NCBI GenBank assembly: GCA_965644315.1
Contig: CBFFRQ010000031.1
Span: 62,001-126,000 of the forward strand
Direction of reading: 5' to 3'
Length of the DNA stretch: 64,000 bases
Origin: Caecitellus pseudoparvulus
Taxonomy: Eukaryota > Protista > Bigyra: Bicosoecida
Shown here: positions 63,546 through 64,000 of the stretch, in pieces
How the letters are laid out: every line of letters starts with the position of its first letter
Numbering within the stretch: the stretch's first letter is position 1
The notes under the pieces: generated by a model
Databases searched by the model: none
What the model was told of the DNA's origin: nothing
What the model saw: only the letters and a program-made list of their open reading frames with translations
Made by a program: the position numbers and the translations under genes

Positions 63546-64000
63546 ATGAAGCCTTTCGGCATCAGTTTGTGGGCCTGCCTCTTGGCTGGGCTGGCGGCAG
63601 GCACGGGGGCATGGGCAGTCGCTGCGCGACAGTGGAGTTCAGCACCTTCCCTTGCACCCTCATTCGCGGCCAAGGTCAGGGCCAAGTCTGCAGCCACTGC
63701 ACACACGACAACACCTGCGTCTTGGCCATTTCCCTCGCCACACCCGGATCCCATGGACTCCTTCATGCCGCTGCATGGCCAGATCCGTGACGCGGTGCAG
63801 GCTGGCGCAGTGGGCGAGCTGGGGGCTTTCTTCGTGGACAACACCTTCCTCGCACGCAACGTCGTGCAAGACATGCTGGGCACACAGGACAACTACGGCG
63901 CGTCGGTGACGTGGCAAGCCCTGCAAGGCTTCGCGGGCGCCTCCTCCTTGGCTGGCCACATCGCGGCAAGAGTGGCGGCAGGGGCGCCGCTGGCAGAGGG
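63546..64000 (+). CDS. Partial gene for a protein with N-terminal signal peptide (runs off the window end)
   Basis: Frame open from ATG 63546 to the window end: MKPFGISLWACLLAGLAAGTGAWAVAARQW...DSFMPLHGQIRDAV. Confidence 0.5.
   Translation, partial: MKPFGISLWACLLAGLAAGTGAWAVAARQWSSAPSLAPSFAAKVRAKSAATAHTTTPASWPFPSPHPDPMDSFMPLHGQIRDAVQAGAVGELGAFFVDNTFLARNVVQDMLGTQDNYGASVTWQALQGFAGASSLAGHIAARVAAGAPLAE

Overview
This is a gene-dense, GC-rich eukaryotic nuclear window. CEP19 points to a flagellated protist, and a secreted PHB depolymerase is compatible with bacterivory; the lineage cannot be fixed from sequence alone. It holds about 30 protein-coding genes with short GT-AG introns (mostly 63-75 nt) and very short intergenic spacers. 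I found no rRNA, tRNA, CRISPR array or transposon. Recognisable genes: NAA25, FkbM methyltransferase, CEP19, PMCA Ca2+-ATPase, TraB-like protein, ARID protein, cyanobacterial-type chorismate lyase (Ycf21/DUF98), COG0523 GTPase, FabI, giant TPR protein, DOT1-like methyltransferase, NIF3, LisH-RasGEF, LYRM, GCN5, Maf, renalase-like oxidase, BRCA2, a Methyltransf_16 enzyme, SPT/LCB2, RhoGAP, AhpC-like protein, divergent kinesin, Rab escort protein, PHB depolymerase, cyclin A, CKAP2-like protein and nitroreductase. The standout is BRCA2. It has one BRC repeat in the usual N-terminal position, plus 16 tandem 105-bp/35-aa BRC repeats with identical protein cores inserted inside OB2 of the DNA-binding domain. 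Also notable are a recurrent 11-mer (TGCGGAAATTG) near start codons, an F-box-like kinesin with a remodelled microtubule-binding face, and several intron-containing bacterial-type genes. All family calls come from recognising motifs by eye; no database searches were run.
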